From an uncultured delta proteobacterium (lineage in GTDB: Bacteria; Desulfobacterota; Desulfobacteria; Desulfobacterales; JAHEIW01): DNA of 64,000 nt. Shown here piece after piece: positions 18,123-28,868 of the stretch (position 1 is the first letter of the stretch; the number at the start of each line of letters is the position of its first letter). The notes under the pieces are model-generated. The model had not been told where the DNA came from. It saw only the letters and a program-made list of their open reading frames with translations, and ran no database searches. Made by a program: the position numbers and the translations under genes. The DNA lies in assembly GCA_963706575.1 (NCBI GenBank), contig CAVPNL010000004.1, positions 352,001-416,000 of the forward strand, read 5' to 3'.

Positions 18123-19721
18123 ATGGACACTCATGGGGAAAAAACCGGAATATTCGCTAAAAAAGGGCTTTGGATCGGAATCGGCACCGGTATTTTTATA
18201 TTGATTGCCTTTATTTTGCCCACACCCCAGTCGCTTCTCGAGGTGATGGAAAAATACGGGTATGTCGAAAAGATGATCGACTGGGAAATCGCCCATAATG
18301 CCAAAGAAGCTGCCGCTAAAACCATGATCGTACTGGGGATTGTGCCCATGGCGGTCGTCTTTTTTGCCATCGAGGCGTTGCCGATCGGGGTGACGGGCAT
18401 CCTGATGCCGCTGATGGCCTATTTTTTCGGGCTGCTGCCGTTTAACATGATCGGCAAGACCTTTGCGGGGGATGCGCCGATGTTCATGCTGGGCGTTTTT
18501 GCCCTGGGAGCCACGGTGGTGGAGGTGGGTTTTCATAAACGCCTGGCGGTCTGGCTGCTGGGATGGACCAAGGGGTTCTGGGTTCCCATGATCGTGCTGT
18601 GCATCAGTATGTCGATTGTGGGATCGTTTATGTCGGCCCCTGCCATGTGTTCTTTTATGGTGCCGGTGATGATGGCGGTCTATTACGGATCGGTGAAGGC
18701 CACCAGCCCGGAGGGGGAGGTGGTTCACGATCCGGCGCTGGCCAAATATCTGCTTTTTTCCCTGTGTTTCGCGCTGAATATGGGCGGGCCCGGAACCCCC
18801 TCGGCCGGCGGGCGCAATGTGATCATGATGGGTTTTTTTACCGAATACGGCATACCGATCACCTATTCGGGCTGGATGAAATACGGCTGGCCCCTGGTGC
18901 CGCTGGGCAGCGCCATGTTGTTGCTCTATATGGCGACTCTTTTCAGTAAAAAGATTAAGACCCGGGATCTCACCCCCGGGCTGGAGCACATCAAGGAAGA
19001 GACGCGCAAAATGGGCAAAATGAAATATCCCGAGTATGTCACGGCCGGCACGCTTTTTGTCATTGTGGCCCTGTGGATATTCGGCGGCGAAGCCACGGGA
19101 TTGGGCGGTCCGGCGCTGCTGGCCCTGGTCATTCCGGTCTTGTTCAAGACCGTCAAATTTGAACAGATCATTGAGCGTATTTCCTTTAATGCCTGGTTCA
19201 TGTACTGCGGGGCGCTGACCCTGGGCGCCCTTCTCAAGGAAAGCGGCGGCGCCCTGTGGCTGGCGACCACCTTTCTGAACGCGCTGTCGCAGGTCGGCAT
19301 GGATCAGGGTTACGGGCTGTGGCTCGGAATGTCCGCTTTCTCGGGTCTGGTTACCAATTTTATGTCGGATGCGGCCACCGTGGCCCTTATCGGACCCATT
19401 GTGGTCCCCATGGGGATTATGACTAAGGTTGCCGGCGAGCCCTGGGCCATCGGCATGGCCGTAGCACTGGCATCATCCTATGCCCATTTCCTGATTGTGG
19501 GATCGCCCGCCAATGCGCTGACATTTGCGCTGGGGGTTTATCCGGATACAAACAAGCGGGCTCTTGAAGCCATTGATTTTGTAAAATACGGTTTTGGATT
19601 TTTTATACTGTCGATGCTGCTGCTCTGGATCATTGGATTTCTGGTGGTCTATCCCATCGTTGGTTTTCCGGAGGGAATTCTCGAGCAGGCCACCCAGGTG
19701 CTGCAAAGTACGACGAAGTAG
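18123..19721 (+). CDS. SLC13/DASS family anion transporter
   Basis: Multiple TM helices; EALPIGVT, TNFMSDAAT and GSPANAL motifs. Confidence 0.88.
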   Translation: MDTHGEKTGIFAKKGLWIGIGTGIFILIAFILPTPQSLLEVMEKYGYVEKMIDWEIAHNAKEAAAKTMIVLGIVPMAVVFFAIEALPIGVTGILMPLMAYFFGLLPFNMIGKTFAGDAPMFMLGVFALGATVVEVGFHKRLAVWLLGWTKGFWVPMIVLCISMSIVGSFMSAPAMCSFMVPVMMAVYYGSVKATSPEGEVVHDPALAKYLLFSLCFALNMGGPGTPSAGGRNVIMMGFFTEYGIPITYSGWMKYGWPLVPLGSAMLLLYMATLFSKKIKTRDLTPGLEHIKEETRKMGKMKYPEYVTAGTLFVIVALWIFGGEATGLGGPALLALVIPVLFKTVKFEQIIERISFNAWFMYCGALTLGALLKESGGALWLATTFLNALSQVGMDQGYGLWLGMSAFSGLVTNFMSDAATVALIGPIVVPMGIMTKVAGEPWAIGMAVALASSYAHFLIVGSPANALTFALGVYPDTNKRALEAIDFVKYGFGFFILSMLLLWIIGFLVVYPIVGFPEGILEQATQVLQSTTK

Positions 19722-19943
19722 ACTCAAAGCGTCAATGAAATCCTGTAAACAGTCGAATCGAAGTTTTCTTTATTCAGTTTTGCATCGCGCGGCTTTTAAA
19801 ATCGCCAAAAGCATGGAGGGAAAATTGACCTTTTCTTATTCAGGTGGAACAATACACCATCAATTATTCCCGGCAACACTCAGATATGCAGTTCCAAAAA
19901 TCTTTGCACAGGCATCAGAGCACATCGGTAAGGAGGGATAGCT

Positions 19944-20969
19944 ATGACAGTGCCATCCATTATGTTGGTGGACGATGAGGTTTCCTTTGTGGAAACCATG
20001 GCCAAACGGCTGACCAAAAGAAAGTTTGCCACCATTACGGCCTTCAGTGCTGAAGAAGGTCTGGAAAAACTGGCAGCCAATCAAAATCTCGATGTTATTG
20101 TCCTGGATATTAAGATGCCCGGAATGAATGGGATAGCAGCGTTGAAACAAATAAAAAAGATTTCTCCCCTGACAGAGGTCATTATGCTGACGGGACATGC
20201 CACCATAGAATCGGCCATCGAAGGCATGAAACTGGGGGCTTATGATTTTCTGAGGAAACCGTGCGATTTTGAAGAACTGGTCGGTAAGCTGGAGGGCGCT
20301 GTCAAAAAGAAACAGGCGCATGAGGAAAAGATCGATGCCTGGAAAAGCTTTATGAAATCCTCCACATTAAAAGGACTAATGGTTCCGCTGGAAGAATATG
20401 CGACTGTTTCTGAAGATGCAAACATCCTTGAAGCGATCAATGCCTTAGAAATTGCCCAGAAAGCTTTTGATCCGAAACGCTACCGCCACAGAGCTGTTCT
20501 GGTGATCGATAAGAAAAATCGGGTGGTCGGCAAGCTCAGTCAGCACGATATCATCCAGGCCCTGGAACCGCAATACAAGGAATCTAAAGCGCATAAAAAA
20601 GGCGCTCTTGAGCATTTAGGATTCAGCCAAAAATTCATAGAATCCGTTTCGCTTCAATACAGGGAGTGGGATAAACCTCTGCAGAATCTATATAATAAAG
20701 CGCTCGATCAAAAAGTTAAATCGTTTATGTATAAACCCACCGAAGGCGAATACATTAACCTGTCGGCAACCATGAATGAAACCATTCACCAACTCATCAT
20801 CGGCAAACATCATTCCCTGCTGGTAACCGACGGCTCTGTCATCGTGGGCGTCGTGCGCCTGACAGATGTTTTCGAGTTTATTTGTCTTCGCCTGAAAACC
20901 ATGCAGCTTGCTGCTGGTAGCGAAGAAAAAGCGAACGGCGACGAAGCTCCCGATCGGGCAGGAGGGTAA
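19944..20969 (+). CDS. Response regulator receiver + CBS domain fusion
   Basis: VDDE, LDIKMPG, LTGH and KP motifs; C-terminal half paralogous to 17490..18038. Confidence 0.88.
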   Translation: MTVPSIMLVDDEVSFVETMAKRLTKRKFATITAFSAEEGLEKLAANQNLDVIVLDIKMPGMNGIAALKQIKKISPLTEVIMLTGHATIESAIEGMKLGAYDFLRKPCDFEELVGKLEGAVKKKQAHEEKIDAWKSFMKSSTLKGLMVPLEEYATVSEDANILEAINALEIAQKAFDPKRYRHRAVLVIDKKNRVVGKLSQHDIIQALEPQYKESKAHKKGALEHLGFSQKFIESVSLQYREWDKPLQNLYNKALDQKVKSFMYKPTEGEYINLSATMNETIHQLIIGKHHSLLVTDGSVIVGVVRLTDVFEFICLRLKTMQLAAGSEEKANGDEAPDRAGG

Positions 20970-21077
20970 GGAGAAGACGCGGTATCATAGCCCTGGCAAC
21001 GTGTGATCAAAGTTGTGAATATTGTTTTTTCTATTCGCTTTTCGGACCCATTCGGATTGTGAGGTGAAACAGAAAAT

Positions 21078-22843
21078 ATGGATGAACAGATTTCATCAAA
21101 AAGGCAAACCTGGCATGAAACCTTAAGAACATTGCTCTCGGATGAGCATACCATTATGGTCCTGCTGGGTATTGTCGTCGGGGTGGCAGGCGGCTACGGA
21201 GCGGTCGGATTTCGCTACCTTATCAATTTTATTCAGTCGATTGCATACGGATCATCGGCTGAATTGCTTGAGGTTATTGAATCGGTCCCATGGTATATGC
21301 GGATTGCCATTCCTGCCATCGGCGGATTAATCGTGGGTCCCATCGTCTATTTTTTTGCCAGGGAAGCCAAGGGGCACGGCGTTCCGGAGGTCATGTATGC
21401 CGTTGCCCTTAAACAGGGAATCATAAGAAAGCGCATTGTTTTCATCAAGGCCCTGGTATCTGCTGTTTGTATTGGAACCGGCGGCTCGGTTGGAAGAGAG
21501 GGCCCCATTGTTCAAATCGGCTCTGCTGTCGGGTCGACTCTGGGGCAATTATTTAACGTTTCGGCCAATCGAATGAGAACCATGGTCGGTTGCGGCGCTG
21601 CCGCGGGTATCGCGGCCACTTTCAACGCCCCTATTGCCGGCTCCATTTTTGCCCTTGAAATCATTCTTGGCGAATTTGAAATTACCAGTTTCAGCCCCAT
21701 CATCATCTCTGCCGTTTCGGCCACGGCGATTTCACGCCATTACCTTGGGGATGTCCCGGCCTTTATTCTCCCGGAATATATCCTCCACAGCCCCCTGGAA
21801 TTTCCCCTTTACGCTATTTTGGGTGTAGTGTGTGCCCTGGTTGCCGTCGGTTTTACTTTGATTTCTCTATCGCAGCCGAAGATGCCTGGGACGGCATTAA
21901 GTTTCCAGAATATTTAAAGGCTGTTTTAGGGGGATTGATCATGGGAACCATGGGGCTTGTTTTCCCCCAGGTACTAGGTGTCGGTTACGGCGCTATTGAT
22001 CTGGCGCTAATGGTAAAGCTTTCCTGGTGGTTCATGGGTCTGCTGGTTCTATTTAAAATACTGGCAACCTCCATTACGATCGGGTCGGGAGGTTCCGGCG
22101 GAATTTTCGCTCCTTCACTTTTCATGGGTGCTATGGCGGGAGGCGCTTTTGGCGGCATTGTTAATTACTTGTTCCCCTCAGTGGCAGCCTCGCCGGGCGC
22201 TTATGCTGTGGTCGGCATGGGGGCGGTTGTGGCTGCGACGACCCATGGCCCCTTGCAGGCGATATTGATTATTTTTGAGATGACCGGCGACTACAAAATA
22301 ATTCTGCCACTGATGATAACTTGCATTATCAGTTGCCTGATTGCGCGAAAGCTGTGTCGTGAATCTATCTATACCTTTAAATTGATCAGAAGGGGAATAA
22401 ACATCAGAGGGGGCCAGGAGGTCAATATATTAAGTTCAATTAATGTAAAAGACGTAATGTATCACACAGTCGAAATCATACCGGAGACTTTTCTCCTGCA
22501 GGATCTGGCAAAAAAACTGCCTCAAAGCAGATCAAACAATTTCGTGGTCGTGGATGAAAATGAGAGAATCACAGGTGTACTCACATTTCTGGATTACTAT
22601 GACAAGTTATTCAATGAAAAGTTAGATGATCATATGATGGTAAAAGATATCATGACGACAGATGTGGCCACTGTATCAATAGAAGATAATCTCAGCACGG
22701 CTATGGAAAAAATCTCAATTGGGGATTACTCTATCCTGCCTGTCGTTTCAGTGGAAGATCCCTTAAAAATGGTCGGTATCATGACGCGCAGGGATATTCT
22801 GGAAGCCTACGACCAGGCTGTGATTAAGAGAGCGTTGAATTAA
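21078..22843 (+). pseudogene. ClC chloride channel/antiporter with CBS domains, frameshifted near 21861-21871 (pseudogene or sequencing error)
   Basis: Two overlapping ORFs (21078..21917, 21830..22843) carry GHGVP, GREGP, then GIFAP and CBS domains. Confidence 0.85.
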
Positions 22844-22992
22844 AAGCCGGGCGTGCTTTAATTTAGAATAAAGCGCTGACCGCAAACATATATTCATTAC
22901 GCATGCTCCAAAGCAGTCGAAGCGCGAATTAAGTTGCTAACACGGCTATCCGGATTAATTTTTTAGGTGAGCGGCGGTAAGGAGGAAAACCT

Positions 22993-23439
22993 ATGACAGC
23001 GCCATTCATTATGTTGGTGGACGATGAAGTTTCTTTTGTGAAAACCGTGGCCAAACGGCTGGCCAAAAGAAACATTAAGACCCTTACGGCCTTCAGCGCT
23101 GAAGAGGGCCTGGAAAAACTAAAAGAAAACCAAGACCTCGATGTTATTGTTCTGGATGTCAAGATGCCGGGCATGAACGGGATAGATGCACTGAAAGAGA
23201 TAAAAACGGTATCACCATTGGTTGAGGTCATTATGCTGACCGGACATGCAACGATTGAATTGGCAGTTGATGCCATGAAATTGGGGGCTCATGATTTTCT
23301 AATGAAACCGTTTGAAATCGAAGAGCTTGTTCTCAAAATGCAAGAAGCTGCTGATAAAAAACAACAGCACGAAGAAAGGATCAAAAAAGCTTTAAAAGAA
23401 GAAACCCTAGCAAAGTATGGTCCATTCTATTATACATAA
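22993..23439 (+). CDS. Single-domain response regulator
   Basis: VDDE, LDVKMPG, LTGH and KP motifs. Confidence 0.9.
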   Translation: MTAPFIMLVDDEVSFVKTVAKRLAKRNIKTLTAFSAEEGLEKLKENQDLDVIVLDVKMPGMNGIDALKEIKTVSPLVEVIMLTGHATIELAVDAMKLGAHDFLMKPFEIEELVLKMQEAADKKQQHEERIKKALKEETLAKYGPFYYT

Positions 23440-23612
23440 ACGCTGTTTTAACCTGCGGTTTTTCTGACACAATTCAGAGCGCGAACGGTCACAAGGCCCT
23501 TTTATAATTTAAAAAGAACAACAGATTGTCAAATGTTGCGGACAACATTGAAGTTAGAATTTCTGAACGATGACATACAGGCATTCGATAGCAGCGGTAA
23601 GGAGGGATAGTC

Positions 23613-24047
23613 ATGACGGCACCTTTCATCTTGTTGGTGGACGATGAAGTTTCTTTTGTGAAAACCATGGCCAAGCGCTTGGCTACCAGAAACATTGAAA
23701 CGATAGCAGCCTTCAGCGCTGAAGAGGGTCTGGAAAAACTAAAAATGAATCAAAACCTCGATGTTATTGTCCTGGATGTCAAGATGCCGGGTATGGATGG
23801 GATTGAGATGTTAAGAAAAATTAAGGCTGGATTTTTCAGGCCGGAGGTCATTATGCTGACCGGTCACGCCACGATCGAATTAGGCATTAACGGCATGAAA
23901 CTGGGGGCTTATGATTTTCTCACCAAACCGTGTGATATCGAAGAGCTTGTCAAAAAAGTGGAGGAAGCGACCAAAAAGAAAAGGGCACATGATAACAAGA
24001 TAGAGGATGCCGAGCGCAAGAAACTTTTGTCGAAATATGAACCGTAG
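23613..24047 (+). CDS. Single-domain response regulator
   Basis: VDDE, LDVKMPG, LTGH and KP motifs. Confidence 0.9.
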   Translation: MTAPFILLVDDEVSFVKTMAKRLATRNIETIAAFSAEEGLEKLKMNQNLDVIVLDVKMPGMDGIEMLRKIKAGFFRPEVIMLTGHATIELGINGMKLGAYDFLTKPCDIEELVKKVEEATKKKRAHDNKIEDAERKKLLSKYEP

Positions 24048-24355
24048 CTTTTTCAAATAAATTTCACACCTTCATAGCCGTTACGGGGTTTACCTGCTAA
24101 TACGGATCATTTCCACACCCCATCTTTTTTTTGACCGCTCTGCATGCTATTTTTTGGGATACGATACATTATCGAATTGACGAACAAAAGCAATAAGGCA
24201 CCGTCAGGGCCGCCGCTAAAACGCGATGTCGACAGCCACGGAATTATTTGCTACTATCAGGAAAATAATTTTTTTTCCCCAAACAATAAGCCTATTGCAA
24301 ACCATTTCTAAACAAATATCTTTAAAATACGTTTCAGCATTACCCAAAACTGCTT

Positions 24356-26059
24356 ATGGATGAAGATAGAACATCCAAAAAACCGTACCGCAGAGATTTC
24401 ACCAGAAATATGGTGTTGTTTGTTATCGTTGTTTCGTTTGTACCCATGCTCTTGGTCAGTGGTATGCTCCTTTATGAATACAGTATCTCCTACCATGAGA
24501 AACTATATGCCCACCTGAAAGAAGTGGTTCACAGACACGCTCAAGACATCGATAGTTTCTTGCGCGAGAGACTAAACAACCTTCAGTTTCTGTTAGATTC
24601 CTGCCAGAATGAAAACTTTCTTGATGAAATGGTTCTGCAAGAGAAGCTCTTCCAGCTTCAGCAAAAATATGAAGGTGTATTTGATGACTTAGGCCTTATT
24701 AATGAAAACGGCGTGCAGGAAGCCTATGCCGGGCGGTTCAGTCTGGGAAAAGCAGAGTATTCAGATGTGAAATGGTTCCAGGAGGCGCGCCAAAAGCCGT
24801 ATTACATCAGCGATGTTTTTCTCGGACTCCGTTCAAGGCCGCATTTCATCGTGTCCGTGAAAACCTTGCAGCAAGGCCGGTATTTTTTACTGAGATCCAC
24901 TATCAATTTTGAAGCATTCAATTCGCTTGCGGAAAACCTTCGTATCGGTAAAACCGGCTTTGCCTTTATTCTGAACCGGAAAGGAGATTTCCAAACAAAA
25001 CCGCATTACGATATGTTGTCGACCAACAAATCGTATATGGATTTTATAAAAGCGGGTAAGAAAGCCCAGCACGGTATATATATTGGTGAAATTCAGGGTT
25101 CCGCCGGCATCGCGCAGGCCATATATCTGGCGGCCCTTCTGAAAAACGACGATTGGATTTTAGTGTACCAGCAGGAAAAGAAGGAAGCCTTTTCAGATTT
25201 GATCCGTACGCAAATTGTTGCAGTAGTGATTCTTTTTCTCGGGGCGTTGCTTATTGTCATTATGAATGTGATTTTGTTCCATAAAGTAATCAACCATATT
25301 ACGGAAGTGGATCGGGAAAAAGAAATGATGAACCGGCAGATAATCGAAACCGGAAAATTGGCATCCGTGGGCCGGCTGGCGGCCGGAACTGCGCATGAGA
25401 TCAACAACCCGGTGGCCATTATGGTTCAAGAAGCGGGATGGATAGAAGATCTGCTGCAAGAAGAGGAATTTCGAGAGGGAAAAAATCTGAAAGAAATCCA
25501 ACGTGCGCTGAAACAGATTGCAAGCCAGGGAAAACGCTGTAAAGAAATCACCCATAAACTATTGAGTTTTGCCAGAACATCGGACACGCAAATACAGAAC
25601 CTCCAGATAAACGAAATAATTAAAGAGGTCGTTGAGATTTCCGACAAGACTTCTTACACTGGAATCTCCATCAATACGCATCTGGATGATAAAATACCTT
25701 CGATCTACGGATCCCAGACCGAGATACAACAGGTTCTGCTGAATCTAATCAATAATGCCCTGTACGCCCTGGGAAAAGATGGTGGTAAAATCGACATCTC
25801 CAGCCGTCTGGCAGACCGTCATGTTTTGGTCACCGTTGAAGATGACGGCCCTGGAATTCCGGAAGCTAACCTCGACCGAATTTTCGACCCATTTTTCACC
25901 ACCAAGCCGGTGGGAGAGGGCAACGGACTGGGCTTATCCATCTGTTTTGGAATCATCCAAAGAATGGGTGGCGAAATAGAAGTCACCAGTACCGTCGACG
26001 TGGGAACCCGTTTTGAAATCCGGTTTCCCCTGAAAAAAACCAATGGACTTAAAATCTGA
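24356..26059 (+). CDS. Membrane sensor histidine kinase (Cache-like periplasmic domain)
   Basis: Two TM helices, H-box AHEINNP, NLINNA, DDGPGI, FDPFFTTK and GLGLSI. Confidence 0.93.
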   Translation: MDEDRTSKKPYRRDFTRNMVLFVIVVSFVPMLLVSGMLLYEYSISYHEKLYAHLKEVVHRHAQDIDSFLRERLNNLQFLLDSCQNENFLDEMVLQEKLFQLQQKYEGVFDDLGLINENGVQEAYAGRFSLGKAEYSDVKWFQEARQKPYYISDVFLGLRSRPHFIVSVKTLQQGRYFLLRSTINFEAFNSLAENLRIGKTGFAFILNRKGDFQTKPHYDMLSTNKSYMDFIKAGKKAQHGIYIGEIQGSAGIAQAIYLAALLKNDDWILVYQQEKKEAFSDLIRTQIVAVVILFLGALLIVIMNVILFHKVINHITEVDREKEMMNRQIIETGKLASVGRLAAGTAHEINNPVAIMVQEAGWIEDLLQEEEFREGKNLKEIQRALKQIASQGKRCKEITHKLLSFARTSDTQIQNLQINEIIKEVVEISDKTSYTGISINTHLDDKIPSIYGSQTEIQQVLLNLINNALYALGKDGGKIDISSRLADRHVLVTVEDDGPGIPEANLDRIFDPFFTTKPVGEGNGLGLSICFGIIQRMGGEIEVTSTVDVGTRFEIRFPLKKTNGLKI

Positions 26060-26095
26060 AGACCGATCAGTACAAACATCGCTAAATCCGGGAGA

Positions 26096-26491
26096 ATGAA
26101 ATTGGGTGAAAACCAGGACGCTAACGAGAAGAAGATTAAAGTTCTTCTTGTAGATGATGAAAAAAGTTTTGTCGAAGTGCTCCATAAGAGATTGAGCAAA
26201 AGAAACATGGATGTCACAAAGAGTTTCAGTGGTGCGGAAGGCATTCAAGCCCTTCGCAAAGAGGATTATGATGTTGCGGTTTTAGATTTAAAAATGGAAG
26301 ATATGGACGGATTAGAAGTGCTCAAAATATTTAAGACAATGTACCCTAAAATGGAAGTCATTATACTAACCGGCCATAAGTCGGAGCAGGCAGCGCGTGA
26401 AGTATTGAAATACGGAGCCTTCGCCTACCTGACGAAACCATGTGCTTTTGAAAAATTGCTCGATACAATTGCAAAAGTCATTCATGATTAA
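26096..26491 (+). CDS. Single-domain response regulator
   Basis: VDDE, LDLKME, LTGH and KP motifs. Confidence 0.88.
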   Translation: MKLGENQDANEKKIKVLLVDDEKSFVEVLHKRLSKRNMDVTKSFSGAEGIQALRKEDYDVAVLDLKMEDMDGLEVLKIFKTMYPKMEVIILTGHKSEQAAREVLKYGAFAYLTKPCAFEKLLDTIAKVIHD

Positions 26492-26583
26492 AAGCTTCAT
26501 CGCTGACCGCATTATTTTCTGCCTGTTTAATTTCATGCTTTAATGATCTAATTAAATGATGATTATGGTCCAACGGAGGACCC

Positions 26584-27732
26584 ATGCTTAAACCCGGTGC
26601 TTTAGATGGAATAACGGTAATCGATCTTTCCCGCCTCCTGCCGGGGCCTTATTGCTCAATGATTCTTGCCGACCATGGTGCCCGGGTGATCGCAGTTGAA
26701 AACAAGCGCTTTATGGCCGACGGCCTCTTTTTCAATACCATTAACCGCAACAAAGAGCACATGTCGCTCAATTTGAAAACCGACGCCGGCCAGCAGATTT
26801 TTTTCAAATTAATCGAGAAGGCTGACGTTCTTATGGAAGGCTTCCGGCCCGGCGTGGTCGATCGGCTCAGCGTTGACTATGAAAGCGTTCGAAAAGTGAA
26901 TCCTAAAATTGTCTATTGCTCGATATCCGGCTACGGCCAGGATGGGCCCTTTCGCGATCGGGTCGGCCATGATGTCAATTATTTAAGCTTCTCCGGTGTT
27001 TTAAACCTGATCGGCGAACCGGACCGCCCGCCCTCGATTCCGGGAATCCAGATCGCCGATGTTGCCGCCGGAGGCATGAATGCTGCCATTGGAATTCTTT
27101 TGGCCCTTTTCGCCCGTGAAAAAACCGGCAGGGGTCAATACATCGACATCTCCATGACAGACGGCATGGTGGGCTTTTTACCGGTGGCGCTTTATTTTCA
27201 GCAACTGACCGGCAAAGACCCCCGGCGGGCCGATGCGCCGCTCTCTCACCGCTACGCGTGCTACAATACCTATGAAACCGCCGACGGTCGGTTTCTATCC
27301 ATTGGCGCCGTGGAGAATCGTTTCTGGAAAAGGCTATGTGAGCATTTCGGGGTTCCGGAATATGCCACGCTGCAATATGATGACAGCCGCCGCAAGGAAA
27401 TTTTGGAATTTATGCGCTCCACCTTTAAGAAAAAAACCCTGGATGAATGGACGAATGAACTGGCGGATCTGGAAATATGCTGGGGTCGGGTTCAGACCTT
27501 TTCAGAAGTGCTGGATGATCCCCTTTTCCGGGAACGCGAAATGTTTTTAGAATTGCAGGGAAAAGCCGGCGAGAAGCAGGCGGCAATCGGGGTGCCCGTT
27601 AAGTTAAGCGATACACCGGGCTCCGTGCGAAGTGCAGCCGACGATTTTGGCGAAAGCACTCCCTCGATACTCAAGGAACTGGGATACACACAAGATCAGA
27701 TATCGGAGTTTACAAAGAATGATGTAATTTAA
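26584..27732 (+). CDS. Family III CoA-transferase (CaiB/BaiF)
   Basis: DLSRLLPGP, NRNK, EGFRPGV, SGYGQDGP and GHDVNY motifs. Confidence 0.93.
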   Translation: MLKPGALDGITVIDLSRLLPGPYCSMILADHGARVIAVENKRFMADGLFFNTINRNKEHMSLNLKTDAGQQIFFKLIEKADVLMEGFRPGVVDRLSVDYESVRKVNPKIVYCSISGYGQDGPFRDRVGHDVNYLSFSGVLNLIGEPDRPPSIPGIQIADVAAGGMNAAIGILLALFAREKTGRGQYIDISMTDGMVGFLPVALYFQQLTGKDPRRADAPLSHRYACYNTYETADGRFLSIGAVENRFWKRLCEHFGVPEYATLQYDDSRRKEILEFMRSTFKKKTLDEWTNELADLEICWGRVQTFSEVLDDPLFREREMFLELQGKAGEKQAAIGVPVKLSDTPGSVRSAADDFGESTPSILKELGYTQDQISEFTKNDVI

Positions 27733-27849
27733 ATATAGGTCAAAGGAGTCAATCAGATTGTAACAAAAAATTTAGGAATTGCGAATTTAGGAATTGAGGA
27801 ATTTAAAAGTGAAAAGTTCCTATTTTGAATTTTTAAATATAAAAATTAT

Positions 27850-28018
27850 TCAGGGGTTGCGGGATTTTACCGTCATGCCTGCGCCACGCAGGCATCCAGG
27901 CTTCGTCTCCGCGCAGAGTCTGCCCCCGTGAAGATGGGGGCGGAGATCCAAACAATTTCTGGATTCCCGCCTGCGCGGGAATGACAAACTTGAAATTAAA
28001 AAGTCCCCCGATCCCTGA
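27850..28018. mobile_element. Composite MITE-like element carrying CGTC/dRS3-type hairpins
   Basis: Imperfect terminal IRs TCAGGGGTTGCGGGATTTT / AAAAGTCCCCCGATCCCTGA around GGATTCCCGCCTGCGCGGGAATGAC. Confidence 0.6.
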
Positions 28019-28102
28019 TTTAATTGAAGGCGCCTGGATCTTCGAAGGTCCTTATCAATAGACATCGGTTAACGAATAACAAACAACCAGTAACAATTAT
28101 TT

Positions 28103-28750
28103 TCAGACCATAGACTTCAATGTGGCCAATTCAAGCTGGTCTCCGGAATCTTCCGCACGGTCGGAAACTTCGACAATCGAATCCAGGCACAGCTTCAAAT
28201 GGGCCTGGTGAGCAAAGTCCAACTCGGAATTGAAGATTTCCTTGGTCAGATCCCATTCGAGTTTATCAACCCGGGATTCCTGCAGGCCGATTTCTCTGGT
28301 GTGATCACGCACCGTTTCAATACTGCAATCGCCCTTTAGGTAACACAGTACCGCAAGTTTCAGAGAATCGATGATCCCCAGAGATTCTTTACCCACATCA
28401 AGAAAATGAGGCTTCAATTCATCGGAAATCAAGGGCCGTTGATTGAGGAAAAAATCACTGCAGGCCTCGGCCGCATTGCCGACTTTGTCAATGCTCTCAA
28501 CGAGTTTATAGACATCTTCCCTGAGAAGCGGTAAATAGGCGCCGCGATAAAGTTTGTCGCGGATTTCATAGCGGATGATATCAGCCTCCGATTCATTGCT
28601 GCGGGTTTTGCGCGCCCAAACTTTAGCCTCACTGATGTTGCCATCGAGATAAAATTCAATTGTTTCCAGACTACCCTTTATGGTCTTTTCGGTAACATCC
28701 AGGTGTTTTAAAATAAGTTCGATAACCTCTTTTTCCTTTTTAAATAACAT
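28103..28750 (-). CDS. DUF47/TIGR00153 phosphate transport regulator (PhoU-like)
   Basis: E.EAD...GAYLP..RED and E..VD..E motifs; downstream of a PiT gene. Confidence 0.88.
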   Translation of the reverse strand: MLFKKEKEVIELILKHLDVTEKTIKGSLETIEFYLDGNISEAKVWARKTRSNESEADIIRYEIRDKLYRGAYLPLLREDVYKLVESIDKVGNAAEACSDFFLNQRPLISDELKPHFLDVGKESLGIIDSLKLAVLCYLKGDCSIETVRDHTREIGLQESRVDKLEWDLTKEIFNSELDFAHQAHLKLCLDSIVEVSDRAEDSGDQLELATLKSMV

Positions 28751-28868
28751 CTTGCGCTCTCCTTTGACAAGTGTGCGCGGAACTTAACCAAAATCCGCAC
28801 TGAATTGAGTATGCGGTATTCCCCCGGGCTAAAAACATCGTTTTGCCATATATTGTTAGCTTCAGATC

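Noticed and set aside
18078..18989. Long antisense or alternate-frame ORFs (also 53122..53946, 45415..46074, 47858..48496, 63284..63922)
   Set aside because: They are shadows of well-supported genes in GC-rich coding sequence and carry no motifs.
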